A DNA stretch of 64,000 nt from Ministeria vibrans ATCC 50519 (taxonomy: Eukaryota > Protista > Filasterea), in assembly GCA_943704425.1 (NCBI GenBank), contig CALSCP010002362.1, positions 21,053-85,052 on the forward strand, written 5' to 3'. Position numbers and translations under genes: made by a program. Positions within the stretch are counted from its first letter, which is position 1; the number at the start of each line of letters is the position of its first letter. The notes beneath the pieces are model-generated. The model saw only the letters and a list, made by a program, of their open reading frames with translations. It was not told the DNA's origin and did not search any database. Below are positions 49,611 to 63,134 of the stretch, piece by piece.

Positions 49611-51213
49611 TCACCGATGCACGTCGCTGAGAAAGGGATGGTGAAGCAGCTCGTGGCAGGTGGGGCGGTCGGAGGGCAGACGCGCAAAGCAGCAGAGAAG
49701 GAAGTCACGCGCGTGCGGGTCGAGAGAGGCGGGCAGAGGTGGCGGCGACTCGGAAGACGCAATCTTGAACATAAGTGCAAAGTGGTTGGGTGAGCTGTCG
49801 GTGTCGCACCAGGGCGGTAGAGCCGTTAGCATCTCCAAGACACAGCAGCCAATGGACCAGACGTCGGCACGGCGTCCGTACGACTCGCCACGAATCACTT
49901 CGGGTGCAATAAAGGCTGGCGTGCCTCGCGTCTCCACAAACTCATTCGTCATCGTGTGTGCCTTGGCCAGCGTCGCACTCGCCCCAAAATCCGCCACCTT
50001 CAGCGTGCTATCGGTGTCGTCGGTGCCGTCGCCACTCGCCGTCACCAGCAGATTAGCGCCCTTGAGATCGCCGTGGAGCACACGCTCGTCGTGCAGGTAG
50101 GCGACACCGGCGCACAGCTGACGAGTGTACACTCGTGTCTGGTGCAGCGACAGCGGACCGGATCGCGCCAGAATTGCCGAAATTGAGCCGCCGGCACAGT
50201 ATTCCAGGAAAATGTTGAGATGATACTGACTGCGCGAGTGACCGAACAGTCGCACAATGTTAGGGTGACGCAGTTCGCTTAGAATCGCAATCTCAGTGTT
50301 GACATTAAGCGCATTGCCAGGACGAATAGGCAGACGTTTGACGGCCGCCATGGCACCTGTCTCACCGTGGACTGCCAGGTGGCACACGGCACACGCGCCA
50401 TTGCCCAACACGTCTGTCAGGTACCACACAGTCGAGTTGCTGGCATCATCTTCATCAAGATCGTCCGCATCGTTGATGCTCACACTGCTCATGTCGCCGC
50501 TGAGCAGACTACTCAGCTCGCTACAGTTGTCCGTTGTGGTGCTCTCAATTAAACTCTCCATTGTGTTGCTCTCCACCCCATCCTCTTGGCCTTCCTCCTC
50601 CTCCTCCCCCACCACTGTCGTATCCAGATCCTCGGCCTGGCCAACATCCTCAAAACCGTCACCGTCATCGTCGTCGTCGTCGTCGTCGTCGGCGGCAATG
50701 CCTTCGTCTGCTGTGCCCACCAGATCAAACGCAGTACGCACAATGGGAGGCATTGGACCGCGGATGGAGACGGCATCGGCGGGAATCGGTGACGGAGGCA
50801 CACCCATCCCTGGCAACTGGGGTGTTGCCAGCCAGCCATCAATACCAAATGCAACATCCACATCGCTACCGACAATGGGGGGAAATGCCGCCGAGGAGGA
50901 CGAAGCCGATTGCGACGCCGATGACGATGTCGTCAGACCTCTCGAGACACGTCGCTGCTGCTGCTGCTGTTGTTGTTGTTGTTGCACGGGAGCTGCATGT
51001 GGACTCGTTGCCACTGGTCGAGACTGTCCAACCCACAAGGGCGAGAGGCGTCCTTGACGTGCAGCGGGGGACGTTGAGTGAGGAGGTGTGTCGCGGCGAC
51101 TCGTGTGCTCAGGTGACGATGTGTCGAGCAGCTGTTGTAAGACAGACTCTTGAGGCGCAGCCGGTGCCGTTTCGTCGGCCTTCTTATCGTTGTCTTCTGC
51201 CACAGTTGACGTG

Positions 51214-51259
<46 letters not shown>

Positions 51260-53436
51260 AGGTCGACGAGGAGGACGCCGCCTCTTCCCAGTCGAGCACC
51301 TTTGAGGGGTGAGTGGCACGAGCGAGCGCATGGGCCTCCTCGATGAGTTCGTCGCGTCGCACAGCCGATTGTTCGCGCACTGCCGCAACGGCTCGCACGC
51401 GCTCGTGAAGTCGCTGCAAGACACTGGGCGGACCGTCAATTTTCTGGATGTGGTGGAGCACTTGCTCGGCGAGCGTCGGATAGGGCGCGCTAATTTCGTA
51501 GGCTTTGACGGCAATGGCGATGGCCGTCCTGCGGACCTTTTTCACGTCGGCATGGGAGAAGGCACGCGCAAAGAAATCAAGCATGGTGGGCAAGAGGGAG
51601 GTGTCGTCGCGCGTAAAGGCACGTGGACAGTGCTCGAGTAGCTGAGTGCACAGACACATTCGCCCGAGCCACCAGCGCGACGAGACGCGACGGTGTGTAG
51701 TGGCGGTCGCCGTCTCGAAGATGGCAGCGTGCAGAAGAAAGCCCGTGCCGATTTGTGGACAGGCGGACAGGTCGAGAAGCGCATCCACCGTGAGATTGGC
51801 AATGCGCTGATTCGAGTCGCTACAGCGACCCACCAGTTTGGCTACGAGAGGTCCGGCAGCCGCCTGGACACCCGAGGGAGTAAGCACGTCGGTGCTGCTC
51901 GTGACGGGCTCATCAAGGACAGTGCGGACCCAGTGAAGAAAGAGCGCACGAGAGGCATTAAGAGCGTCCATGTAGACGGGAAAGCAAGGATCGGCATGCA
52001 TCTGGGTGAGCATGGTACAGAGCGTGTCGAGAATGATGAACACACTGAGGTTGGACTCGGGCAGTGTGTCGCTCACGACCGTCGAGGGTGCCGACGATAA
52101 TGCGCGCTGGTGAGTGCACAGCGAGTGTGGTGCTACGTGAGTGCGGTGAGAGGGGTGGATCGGGGGCTGCTGTTGATGGCGACTGGCGAGTGACGAGACG
52201 CCCGAGTCGGCGTCGTCGAGTGTCGTCTCGGTGGAAAGTGATGATGTGCGCGACAGGTCTGCTGTCGGGTCCGACGACGTCTCTTGCCCAAGTGCAGATC
52301 CTGCCGCCACCACCGTTGTGCTTTGCAGCTCGCGACGCGTACGCAGGCCTCCCGTGCGCAAGTGGTACTCAATGGTGCGCAATGCCGCCACACGACGGTC
52401 CCATTCTTTGGAGCGTAGACACTCGACAAGGCGAAGGCCAAACAGCTCAATCAGCGTCTCATCACGACTACGTACATCCGCCGAAAGACGTCCAGCAGAG
52501 GGCAGCACGGGCGGAGGTGCACCCCAGCGGTCGCGCGCAAGAAACACGGCTGAGGCACTCGCCTGTGCCGCATTGTTGGCCGAGTCGCTAAAGTCGGCAT
52601 TTTCATCGTGCCACGGTGTACGGCACATGGGACACACCACTGGCTCGTTCTCTTCGCGACGCATGTTCGCCCAGAACGACATGCATTTCAGGTGGATCGA
52701 GTTGCCGCAACCGTGTTTGCAATAGACAATGGGACCGACAGACTCGGTAAGGCACACGGGACACTCGTCGTCGTCGCCACCACCCGCACCACCACCGCCG
52801 CCACCAGCAATCAGCATCCCCGACGGAGTAGATGCGGTTGTCGACAGGGCCGTCGCAGTTGACAGCGGCACCTGTGCAGACTGTTCCTTGGCGCGATACT
52901 CATTGACAATCTGCAACTGGTGCAGCTCAACGCGCGTTTGCTCCTTCTTCTGCTGGCGTCGTTTTCGAAACGATCTAAATACAAGACAAGAAAAAGAAAC
53001 CAGTGTGTAGATTGTAAAAAAAAAGAGGTTTCTTATATTTAAAATAATATCATTTGCGCTCACCGTGTCAGAGTCTCCACTTCGAAATCTTTCAGACGAC
53101 GTTGCAGGGCCAGCTGGTCGCTCCGGTCCACTTTGAGCACGCGCAACATAATAAAGAGCACGTGGACACACAAATTGCGTCCGCACGTGCACGTTTGCGG
53201 CCCCAGGACGACCTGGAGGGGTTGAAACATGTTTCAAAAGACGGAGAAAAAAAAAAAAAAAAAAAAAAAAACACACTCTCACACTTGAAACGCACCTTGT
53301 ACTCTGAATTGGCCTTGTCAGCCACAACAAAGGCATTTGGACCACTGAGGCGCATGAGGTACAGCTTGGCATTGAGCGCCTTGTCAATGGCGATGGTCTG
53401 GGTCGCCGAAATGGCCGCCGTCTGCGTCGACGCCAT
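49611..53436 (-). CDS. MAP3K1: MEKK1/MAP3K1-like kinase (SWIM, RING, TOG/ARM, STE11 kinase; multi-exon)
   Basis: LYLMRLSGPNAF, CTCGRNLCVHVLFIMLRVLKV (SWIM), CPVCL..CKHGCGNSIHLKCM..CPMCR (RING), LVECLRSKEWDRRVAAL, kinase GTPAFIAPEVIRGESYGRRADVWSIGC, NHFALMFKIASS. Confidence 0.9.
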
Positions 53437-53615
53437 AGGAGATGCAGCGGCAGAGAGAGCAACGGGAGAGCGCCAGCACAGACACTTGAAGGTAAGAGAG
53501 GCAGGCAGATAATCACTGATCAAAGAAAAAAAGAGTGATTCGCACAGTCGCACTTCTACTCTACTCGTGTTCATATCTCTTTTGAACTTTGAACTTTCAA
53601 AATTCAAAAATATTC

Positions 53616-54841
53616 ATGCAACTTCATCGGCCGACAACGGTCGATTCGCTGAGCGTTGACCCGCGCGCCAAGTTTGAATCGTTGTTCCAACAATGGTTGG
53701 GGTTGCCTGAAACTCGAGCGGCGGTCACGGACGATCTTGAGCGACTTTTGGCAGCGAAATGTCTTTCGATTCCTTCGCCGACCCATTCGGCCGCTCGCGA
53801 TGCTCCTGCCCCCATATCGCCACGCTCGCCAACGAAGCAATGGTTGTTGGCTAGCCACCGCTCACGAGGAACGTCCGCAGGCGGCACCAGTTCTCCTACA
53901 CGGCGTTCTTCACCTCCCCATTTACCAGCGCCTCCCTCGCATCTATCAGTGTCACCCACGTCGACAGGTGCCGCGTCGGATTCCACCACTGCTCGAACCC
54001 TGTCGCCGCCATTACCACTTCCCGCACCAGCGGCAGCAGTAGCACCATTGACGGCCGTGGCGTCGAGGACAGGGGTATCTCAAAACACGGCGCGTACCTC
54101 TGAAAACATCAGCGTCAACGAGACGACGCGCGCTCCCCCAGCAAGCAGCAGCAGTGTCAGCAGAAGCGCGGCGAACGCAAGCAACAGTGAGTCTATTCCG
54201 CGCTTCTACTTCCCTCACGGTGTTGTGACATCGGCAAGGGCCAAGACCAGTGGCGAGTCAGCTCGTCTGCTTCGCGGCGCTCTCAGACTGTTTCCAACCG
54301 CAGGACAAGGTCTGACGGCTTGCGAGTTTATTCGCGTTACGGCCGCGCTCGAGCTCCCACGCTATTGGAATGCCGCTTTGTTTCATCAGTGCAAAAGTGG
54401 CTCGGTAGCAGCGAACGAACGAGATGTCACCGTCACGGCTGCACAGTTGCGTCGCACCTGGAACTCTTTTCAGGAATCTTCGCGCGACGCGGCAGCACAG
54501 CTTTTTTTCCTGCTCACCGCCACCAACAATAGTCGCAAGATGGTTCCGAACGACGCACAACCGCCGAGGGTGACACGGAAGGCACTCGAGGCGGTCATTG
54601 TCGATGTGGTCGAGACTCATCCCGGACTGCGCTTTCTCGACGGTCGTCCCGAGTTCCAAGCACGTTATGTTGAAACTGTTCTTGAGCGCTTCATGTACAC
54701 TGTCAATACGTCGTGGAGTGGTGCTGTGTCGCTTGCGGAGCTCAGACGATCGCGTTTCGTTGAATCGCTCGAGTTTATTGAGTCTGAGCCTGACATCAAT
54801 TCGGTATGAGACCCATTGGAGGTAACTGCAGTTAAAACCTA

Positions 54842-54880
<39 letters not shown>

Positions 54881-55905
54881 GCCAGGAACTGTCATTTTTC
54901 TCGTACGAGCACTTTTACGTGATCTACTGTAAATTCTGGGAGCTGGATACGAACCACACACTGGTGATTGAGACAAACGATCTGCTGCGACACTCAGACA
55001 ACGCACTCTCAGAGCGCATTGTCGAGCGTATTCTGACGCCTGGAGTCGTCAAGTAAGTGCTTGCATGGTGGTGGGTGTGATAGATAGAGAGATAGAGAGA
55101 GGATAACGAACACAAAGTGATTGAGAAGCAAAGTGATAGAGAGAAGCGAAATAGATCAAACACACAGCGTCTGTACTGACTGTGCGTTTTGCAATGTGTA
55201 CAGACACAGTCGAGGAGGACGGGAGAAGAGTGCGATGTCGAGCTCACAGATGGGATATCGGGACTTTATTTGGCTGTTGCTGAGCGAAGAGGACAAGCGG
55301 ACGACGCGTGCTATTGAGTACTGGTTCCGCTGTGTGGATGTTGATGGCGACGGCGTGCTCTCGCTTGCTGAAATGGAGTTCTTCTATGACGAACAGGCGG
55401 ACCGACTTGACGCAATGGGTACTACCTACACAACAGCATACATCCATACAATTTAATTATTACTGTCTAAATGCTACCTGTAGGGATTGAGGCCGCGCCG
55501 TTTACGGATTTGGTGTGTCAGCTACTGGACATGATGAAGCCTGTGCAGGCCAATGCCATCCGACTGAGTGACGTGAAGCGACAGCGGCACTTGGCAGGCT
55601 CCTTCTTCAACACACTTATCAACGTGAACAAGTACTTGGATGCAGAGCAGCGCGATCCTCAGGGCCAGACACGCGACGACATTGACCCGGCGAGCAACGA
55701 CTATGTGCGAGACCTGACGCGCGACACCGACTGGGTGCGCTATGCGCGTGTCGAGTATGACATTCTGACGGCAGACGAACCTGACGAGCTTAATGATGAC
55801 GAGGAGGAGGATTATCATGATGATGATGATGACGTGGTGGTGATGGAGGGCGGAGGAGGCTCCAGTGACGACGAGAACGACGGCGGTGGCAAGGCGTGGG
55901 CTTGA
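53616..55905 (+). CDS. PPP2R3: PP2A regulatory subunit B'' (PR72/PR130 family; multi-exon)
   Basis: FESLFQQWL, IPRFYFPHG, THPGLRFL..EFQARYVETV, FSYEHFYVIYCKFWELD, LSEEDKRTTRAIEYWFRCVDVDGDGVLS (EF-hand), TDWVRYARVEYDIL. Confidence 0.94.
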
Positions 55906-56007
55906 CTCGGTGAGAAGGTGCGGGCCTGACTCGATGAGAAGGCGTGGGCTTGATGCGCGCTGGCATTGTGTGGGGTTGACTCGGTGGCAAGGCGTAGGGT
56001 TGGACTC
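55885..56007 (+). repeat. Degenerate 24-bp tandem repeat spanning the PP2A B'' stop codon
   Basis: aaggcgtgggcttgactcggtgag-like units at 55891, 55915, 55939 and two more degenerate copies. Confidence 0.7.
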
Positions 56008-56070
56008 TTTGTATCAATTGTACTATACTAAGGAGTAAGGTTCTTCTTTTTTTCATTTCAAAGTGCCCTG

Positions 56071-56524
56071 CTAGAGGAGGAGGCGGAAAGGGTAACCGCC
56101 CTGCTTCATGCGGAAGACATACATGAGAAGGGAGATGGAGAAGGCCAGGCCAACGGTGTAGAGGGTGACAAGGGAGCTCTGCTGGGCGGCAGACGTGATG
56201 GTGGGCGCGTGGAAGGCCAGGCCTGTACCGCAGCCGAAGATGAGGAAGTAGATAGCAAAGACAATCTGCGTCTCGACGACATACTGCGACTGCGTGCCGC
56301 CCGCAAAGTACGCTGGTGTGCCGTCTTGATTGGCTCCCACCGCCGGTGGGTTGCGGATCGTGTTCCACATTTGCCCCGAGATAAACACCAGTGCGAACAA
56401 CTAAGAATAAGAGTAAGAACAAAATCAGTATACCCCCTCATGCGGACACAGTCGACTCTCTCTCTCTATCACTTTGTTTCTTTCTCCCTCCTCTCTCTCT
56501 CTCTATCACTTTGGTTCTTTCTCC

Positions 56525-56617
<93 letters not shown>

Positions 56618-57745
56618 AAGTCTCTCTCTCTTTTCGTTTTTAATTTCTCTCTCTATCGCTTACCACAGCAGCCATGGCCCAGATGGCGGAGTTTTGCCAG
56701 AAGGCACGCAGAGTAGGAAGGAAGAAATAGGCAAGGACAAGCACGAGTGCCACCAGCGCACCCTTGATGAGCATGCCGACCACGTCCACGGGTCGCTTCA
56801 CCGCAATCTTTCGCCCCGTTCGCTGGTGCACAAATTTTGCCACTGCGTCTGCCTCGAGTCCTTGCCTACATGAGAAATGAGAAAAACAACATGTTTTAGC
56901 TATTCGGATGACTCTTGTGGGTGTCGGTTGGATCGCACATTTGCGAGCGGAACGTGTCCGCTGACTTGGGTCGCCCCGTTGCAGGGAAATGTTGAATCAC
57001 CGGTACTGTCTGGATGTTCATCTATCCAGAAAGTGAATAGGCGTCAGTCATTTTCACTCACATAACATAAGAATAATTTTTGCTACAAAGAAAAAAAAAC
57101 ACACAACGTTGAAATTACCTTTTGAAAAATCTCTGATGCTTTTTGATAATCGGCCAAGACAAAGACAAGATCACGACTGAACTCCTCTGATTGTTTCCAG
57201 GACTCGGCCACCAGCTGGAACTCGTCCTTGGCGAATCTTCAAAAAGCAGAAAAAAAGAAGAAGATAAAAAAATGAAATGATGTCGAGTGTGTTTGGGATG
57301 ATGGCGAACCGGCAAGGACGACAGCCTTGGCGGGGGTCCAGGGCGGTCAGCATCATGACGACAGAGTAGTTGCGCGGGCCCTGCTCGACGAATCGCTCGT
57401 AGAAGCCTGTGGAGGCGTCGGGGAGAGGGGGAGAGGAGGAGGAGCGAGCGGGTGAGTGGCGAAGGGGCGATGCGACGCAACGAGTCGCCTTGTGCTTCTC
57501 TCACCGTGGTCTGCTCTGTACATGGCCCTTCCTCCAATGGTGTCGAGGAGCGCAGAGTACTTGGCTTCCATCTGTTCGCCCGACGCCTTCGCCTTGGCCT
57601 TTTTCTATTGTCGCAACGAGAGAGAGAGAGAGAGTAATGTGTAAAACAAAACGGCATGAAAAAAAAGGGAGACACAAACCTTTTTTGCAGCACTCGTAGT
57701 CAGTGCCAGTGCCGCCACAATGGCGATAATGAGCAAGAGTCGCAT
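56071..57745 (-). CDS. TUSC3: Oligosaccharyltransferase subunit OST3/OST6 (TUSC3/MAGT1; multi-exon)
   Basis: Signal peptide, PRNYSVVMMLTALDPRQGCRPC, FISGQMWNTIRNPP, QSQYVVETQIV, FRMKQGGYPF. Confidence 0.93.
56457..56657. repeat. Intronic (CT)n microsatellite with TCTATCACTTTG motif
   Basis: Direct reading. Confidence 0.9.
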
Positions 57746-57819
57746 CAGAAATGTCAAAAGAATTGATTATTTTTAACGAGTTGTCACTCATTACTTTTAG
57801 GTGTCTTCGACTCTTCGAT

Positions 57820-57944
57820 CAACAGTCAATTAATCATTCTAATATTCTTATTAGTATATTTTAGTACAAGGAAAAAGAAAATCAACAATCAATTAATCAT
57901 TCTAATATTCTTATTAGTATATTTTAGTACAAGGAAAAAGAAAA
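57820..57944. repeat. Near-perfect tandem duplication of ~62 bp AT-rich sequence
   Basis: tcaattaatcattctaatattcttattagtatattttagtacaaggaaaaagaaaa occurs twice. Confidence 0.9.
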
Positions 57945-57958
57945 GGTATACATAAAAT

Positions 57959-60506
57959 TTAAAGCACAAAAGAGTCGCCGTCGACAGGAAAGGACTTGAT
58001 GAAGTCAGAGAAGTCACAGTCGTCCATGGCACTGATGACGTCCGTCCTTGATTTGTCGATGACGTTCTCGAGAAGAAGTGCTTCTTCGCAGGACGCAAAC
58101 GATTGCTCACTCAGACGATCGTCAAGAGTCGCTGAATCTGAAATACAACAAAACATGTTGCGTCAATCGTCATCTTTTTTTTTTTTTTTGTCTTTGTCTT
58201 TTTGTGTTCCTTGATGATGTGTAGATCATAAAAAAATGCTTACCAAGAAGAGGAGACGAGGAGAGATTTGTAGCAGGGGAAGGCACTGACAGATTGTGCA
58301 CGCGCGTCGTGGCCTCGGATGCGGTCAGTGACGACGAGTGCGACGGAGTCTCAGAGGTGCCGCGAATGACCGTTGGTGGGGGTGGCGCTACCGCCACCGC
58401 CGAGTACGTTGAAGGAGGTGCTGTTGTGCGTGTTGCGCGCGCTGCTGTGGTTGATCTCGTACGAGAAAGATCTTCCTCCTGCGATGAGTCGGTCACGCAC
58501 TCGTCGCTGTTGCGCCCGTGCATTTGTCGTCGGGTTGCGCGTCGTGCGCGTCCACGACCACTCGTGGACGGTTGCTGCAACAAATCGATGCACTGAACAT
58601 GTCCCAGTTGTTTTGCAAGATCGAGGGGAGTGCGTCCTTCGCGGTCGACGAGTGTCCGTGACGCGCCCAGGTCGAGCATGTTGCGCACGGCATCCGCGTT
58701 GTTTTCGCGTGCTGCTAGCAACAGCGCCGTCTGCTGCTGTTGGTTGAGTGCGTTAATATCGAGTGCGGGTGTTTTGCCACGCGCTGCGTCTGCCACTTCC
58801 ATGATTCCAGCGGCGTGGTCCAGGGCACAGCACCAGTGAAGCGGTGTCCACTGGTTGTTGTCGGGCAAGCAGGTGGAAGCACCCGCTTGGATGAGCGCCG
58901 TGAAGCAGTCGTAGAAGCCGAGTTTGAGGGCGACGAGCAGTGCCGAGGAACTGTCGTTGTCGAGTGCGTCCAGATCGATGCCTGCCTCCTTGAGCAGGCC
59001 TACCGACTCCACAATGCCATACGCAGCGGCTATGTGCAATGGTGTGCTGCCAGCGCTATTGGTCGCGTTCACGTCCGCACCGTACCCGATGAGCTTATCG
59101 ACCACGGCGCAAATCTGAGTGGAGCGTCGACCGGCGCTGAGCACCATGTGCAATGGTGAGTCGCGTGTGCGATTGGCGACATTGACAGAGCGCTGCGTCT
59201 GCGACAGGAGCAACAGAGCGCAATCGAGGTGACCCTTTGACAAGGCTGCAAGCAGTGGCGTGTTGCCGGCGCAGTCGACTGCATCCAAATTGGACGGGGA
59301 CACGGAGATCGATGCCGACGAGGGAACGGTCGCGTCGGGCGAACTTGCATTGCTGCCGCCATCCACGGTGCTCATAGGAGTGACTGCAGAAGTGGCGCTA
59401 CTACGCCGTAGCAAATGGGCGAGTGCCGTGGCGTCACCGCTGTAGCACACTTTATGAAGTTCCGTGCGTCCTCGAGCGTCGATGTGTTGCTCCGAGTCGT
59501 CGTCACTCTCGATTGAGATGCCACACAATTCTGTGTCAACGTTGATGTCGTTGTCGAGACGCGCACGTTTTGTCATGTAGTGTGTGGTGCTGGCGAGTAC
59601 AGCGGCGGTGACGGTACCGTGCATGGAAGTCATTTCAATGATGTCGTTGTTGGAGCTGTCCAGCTCGGATGGTTGCAGGCCCATTTCGAGGGCAGTCGCA
59701 TCGAGCGACGCACGACGCTTGAGAGATTTTTTGCCTGTGACCATAAGGCCAATAACGAGAACTAGAATGGCAACAAGAACGACGCCCACAACAATGCCAA
59801 TGATGACAACAAGCGACGTTGCGGAAGTGTCGTCGACATCGTTATTATCACTGCTGGCGGTTGTGACGGAGAGCACGGTCACGCCGAGTGTCGATGACAA
59901 TTGTGTGTCGGTAAAATTTTGCGTGAGTGTCGAGGTGGTCACTGTGCCCGCTTGTAGAGCCGTTGACTGGTTGCCTGACGCCGATGTGATGTTGTCGCGC
60001 GCATAAAAGAAGACGTAGGTGGCAAGGTAGCGAGGCACACGCTTGCCACTGGGCGAGCGTACGGGGTGGTTTGGGGTGCGTGCCTTGACAAAGAAGCACG
60101 CCTTGTTGAGAATTCTGCTCATGCGTGTCATAAAGGAATCAATCCACGTCGTGTTGAGCACGACGTGAAGAGGCTGAAGCACCGTCACGCGCACTTGATC
60201 CGACAAGGGTGCGCCCTGGGGCGGTCGATGGGGATCATCGGCCTCGCACTGGCACATATGCTGGTTCGGGTCGCCTCCTTCCCTTGGTGGCTTCGGGCGG
60301 GGGGCGCCTGTCGGCTGAGGATGCGGCAGCAGCGTCGGGTGTGGGTAGGGAGAGGGATGGGGGTGGGGTGCCGGGGCGCCCGCGCCCGTTCCACCTGAAG
60401 TAGGGCCGCTTTGGTCATGGGAGGGTGGCGGTGAGAGTGGGTGCGGTTGAGCAAGGGCAGCCGAACAGGCGAGCGACAGCACAAGTGTCAATGCGAACCA
60501 CCTCAT
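57959..60506 (-). CDS. Type I membrane protein with ankyrin repeats, Notch-like (NOD-like, TM, ANK, S/T/P-rich tail; 2 exons)
   Basis: Signal MRWFALTLVLSLACSAALA; TM LVVIIGIVVGVVLVAILVLVIGLMVTG+KKSLKRR; ~7 ankyrin repeats (GNTPLLAA, GSTPLHIAA, WTPLHWCCA, QTALLLAAREN, GRTPLDLAKQLGH); intron ~58139-58243. Confidence 0.85.
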
Positions 60507-61916
60507 TTCCTCCTCGAAACGACGTCCTAGACCACAAATTGGCAGAGAGGTTGAGTACGACACAATACCGAGATGAAGGGGGTGCACCACACCCAACGCG
60601 GCGCATTGTTGGCGTCAGTGAGTGTGAGAATTCGGAGCGACTTTTTTTTTTTTTTTTTTTTTTTCGACGTCAGTCGTGGGAACTTTTCTCGTTTCGCGCC
60701 CACAGACCACGTCAAGTCGATATTTTCGGCGTAGTGCAATACACATCACTTTGGAAACCTACTGGCGCGTAGGAAATGTCCAGAAAGTGGGCATGTGCCT
60801 GATTTTGCAACTCCCAGACTCCTTTTTTTTTACCTTTATTTTTAAGGCGCGTTTGACACTCTCAATAAAGGTACTAGCACTCAACCAGCAACCTCACGAT
60901 TCCACGTCAATACAAGGACGGTGAAGATAGAAAAATTACAGTGCAGTCTGTTTTAAATTGTGTAAAGAATAAAAATTATTAGAAAATTAAAAAAGTCAGT
61001 CAGACTGGTCAGAGAGTCAGAGTGAAGTCAGAGAAGTCAATAAAGTTAAGCACGAATGCTACTCAATCGGTACTAACTACTTCGTACGGAGTACGGACTC
61101 ACTACGGAATACTCACTGACGAGACACGAGTGAGTACTTCTTTTAAAAGGGTCACTAATTACACCAGTTAATAGTTTACTCAAAAGTCAAGTCAAATGAG
61201 TGAAATGAGTCAAAACTGAAAACTCAAATGACAAATCTCAATAATATTCTTGAATTAGTCACAAGATGGTGCACGTAGCTGGATCTGCCGCCCTATTAGT
61301 GGTTGTGCTGCTGATTGCAGACGCGACCGCGCATTGTGTTGTCTGGGATGCCAACGTAAGCGAAAATTGTCTTCCACCTCTTCAATTTCACCCATTCCTG
61401 GATATTCTTTCAACTCCTTTCCTACGCTACCTTATACCCGCACTTGCGTGTCCGCTTTATTATTTGCTTCTTCTTTCGTCTTTTTTTTTTCTTTTTTTTT
61501 TTCTTTTCGTTGACCTTCTCATCGACTTCTCGCACCAACACCTGCACTTTCGCGTCCACGACCCTCTCACCGTGCTGCAGTGCACATGGTTGGGCGTGTA
61601 CCTTTTTCCTCGCGTTGTCTGTTGCGGTCACGAGAGCAATCTTCCTTGAGTCTGGATGCAATGATGACAATGACTCAACGACCAAGGAAAAAATAATACG
61701 CGTCGTCTGCTGCGCCTCTTGGAGGTATCACTTGCACTGCGTTGTGGTTGGTTCCGGGTTGGCCGCTTGACGGCTAACGGGACTCCTGAACACAAACATA
61801 GACACTCTTTCACCCCACAATTCAACCTTTGCGTTGCTCCATCCACTCATCCCTTCCTTCCTTCCTCCTATACGCTGCAATGCACACCTCGCCTTTCATT
61901 ATTATTATTTTTTGCA

Positions 61917-62576
61917 TTATCCGTTGAGGTTTTCCCATTCGTTCCATTCGTCCGAGTCGTTCTGCTCCCACTCTCGGCCCTCGTTCAACTTGCGCTCGTT
62001 TCCCTTCGCCATCGACGACATCTATTCTGACTCGTGCACCCCGAACTTCTTCGTGGCGTACCTATTTTTATGAGATTTTTTATATAATAATAATTCAAAA
62101 AAAAAAAAAAAAAAAAAAAAACGCAACACAGCAATAATTGTGTGAGCATCGGGAACGAGTGAGAAAGGCGCTTTCTACATGAGAGGGCGACAGCAAAGCC
62201 AAGAATGATGGTGCCAACGGAAAAGAGAGTCAGAAGAATCCAACGCGGAATCTACAAACAGCACGTAAAAGCATCAATGCACACCATCGGAGTGTCCAGC
62301 GTTGAATACGTTATGCTCGCTGTGCATGCGGTTGTAAAACCTTTGGACTTCGCCAGCAAACGTCAAAACTTGACCGGCTCCTCGAAACCTACACAATGCG
62401 TATAATGCAAGCTGGGGTTTTGTCTCTCGTCGTACAAGTAGGAGTTGGGCGCCCTCCATGATGGAAGGGGAGCGTCACGGATCCATCGCTTGCCCTCCAC
62501 ATACAAGAGAAGGTCTTTGGCGGCCTGGCGGCCCTCGACCTTGCGCACTTCGCCTGACTCCTTTTGCACACTAAAT

Positions 62577-62671
<95 letters not shown>

Positions 62672-63134
62672 AGAGAGAGTCAGCTCGTCTGCACACACAC
62701 ACACACATATGTGAGCCTACTAGAATATTGCGGGCAGAGAGGTGATGATGAACCGCGCGGAGAGAGCGGGGCTGCGGGTGACGTCGACTGTGGCAACGCC
62801 AAGCGGAACACGCTTCTCCTTGACCAGGTTGGAAAACTTGTGCCACTCGGGGGCGTAGCTGGTGCAGTGCGGACACCACGGCGCATGGAAGAGAATCATC
62901 CAGTCACCGTACTCCATGTAGGAATCAAAGACATCGTCGGTGATGGGCAGTGCTTCGTCTGGTCGCTGTGTGAAAGCAGCAGACAGGTCAGCAGTTGTCG
63001 GCACGCCTCCCCTTCGCCCGTACCGCCGCCGGGGGTGCCCCTGATTTGGCTTGCGCGTCTAAAAACGGGCATTGTGCTGCAGCAGGACTAGCCAGTGCTA
63101 TGACGCAGCATGCGAAAAGGGCTAATGAGCGCAT
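61917..63134 (-). CDS. TMX1: Thioredoxin-related transmembrane protein (TMX1-like; multi-exon, 3' end uncertain)
   Basis: Signal peptide, GDWMILFHAPWCPHC, ATVDVTRSPALSARFIITSLPAIF, KRWIRDAPLPSWRAPNS, TM IPRWILLTLFSVGTIILGFAV. Confidence 0.85.
62577..62708. repeat. Intronic (GATA)n(GA)n(CA)n compound microsatellite
   Basis: Direct reading. Confidence 0.92.

Noticed and set aside
57820-57944. 62-bp tandem duplication as a functional element
   Set aside because: AT-rich, two copies only; likely slippage or an assembly overlap
61266-61770. Small plus-strand secreted gene
   Set aside because: Signal-like start and GT donor exist but no convincing downstream exon could be assembled
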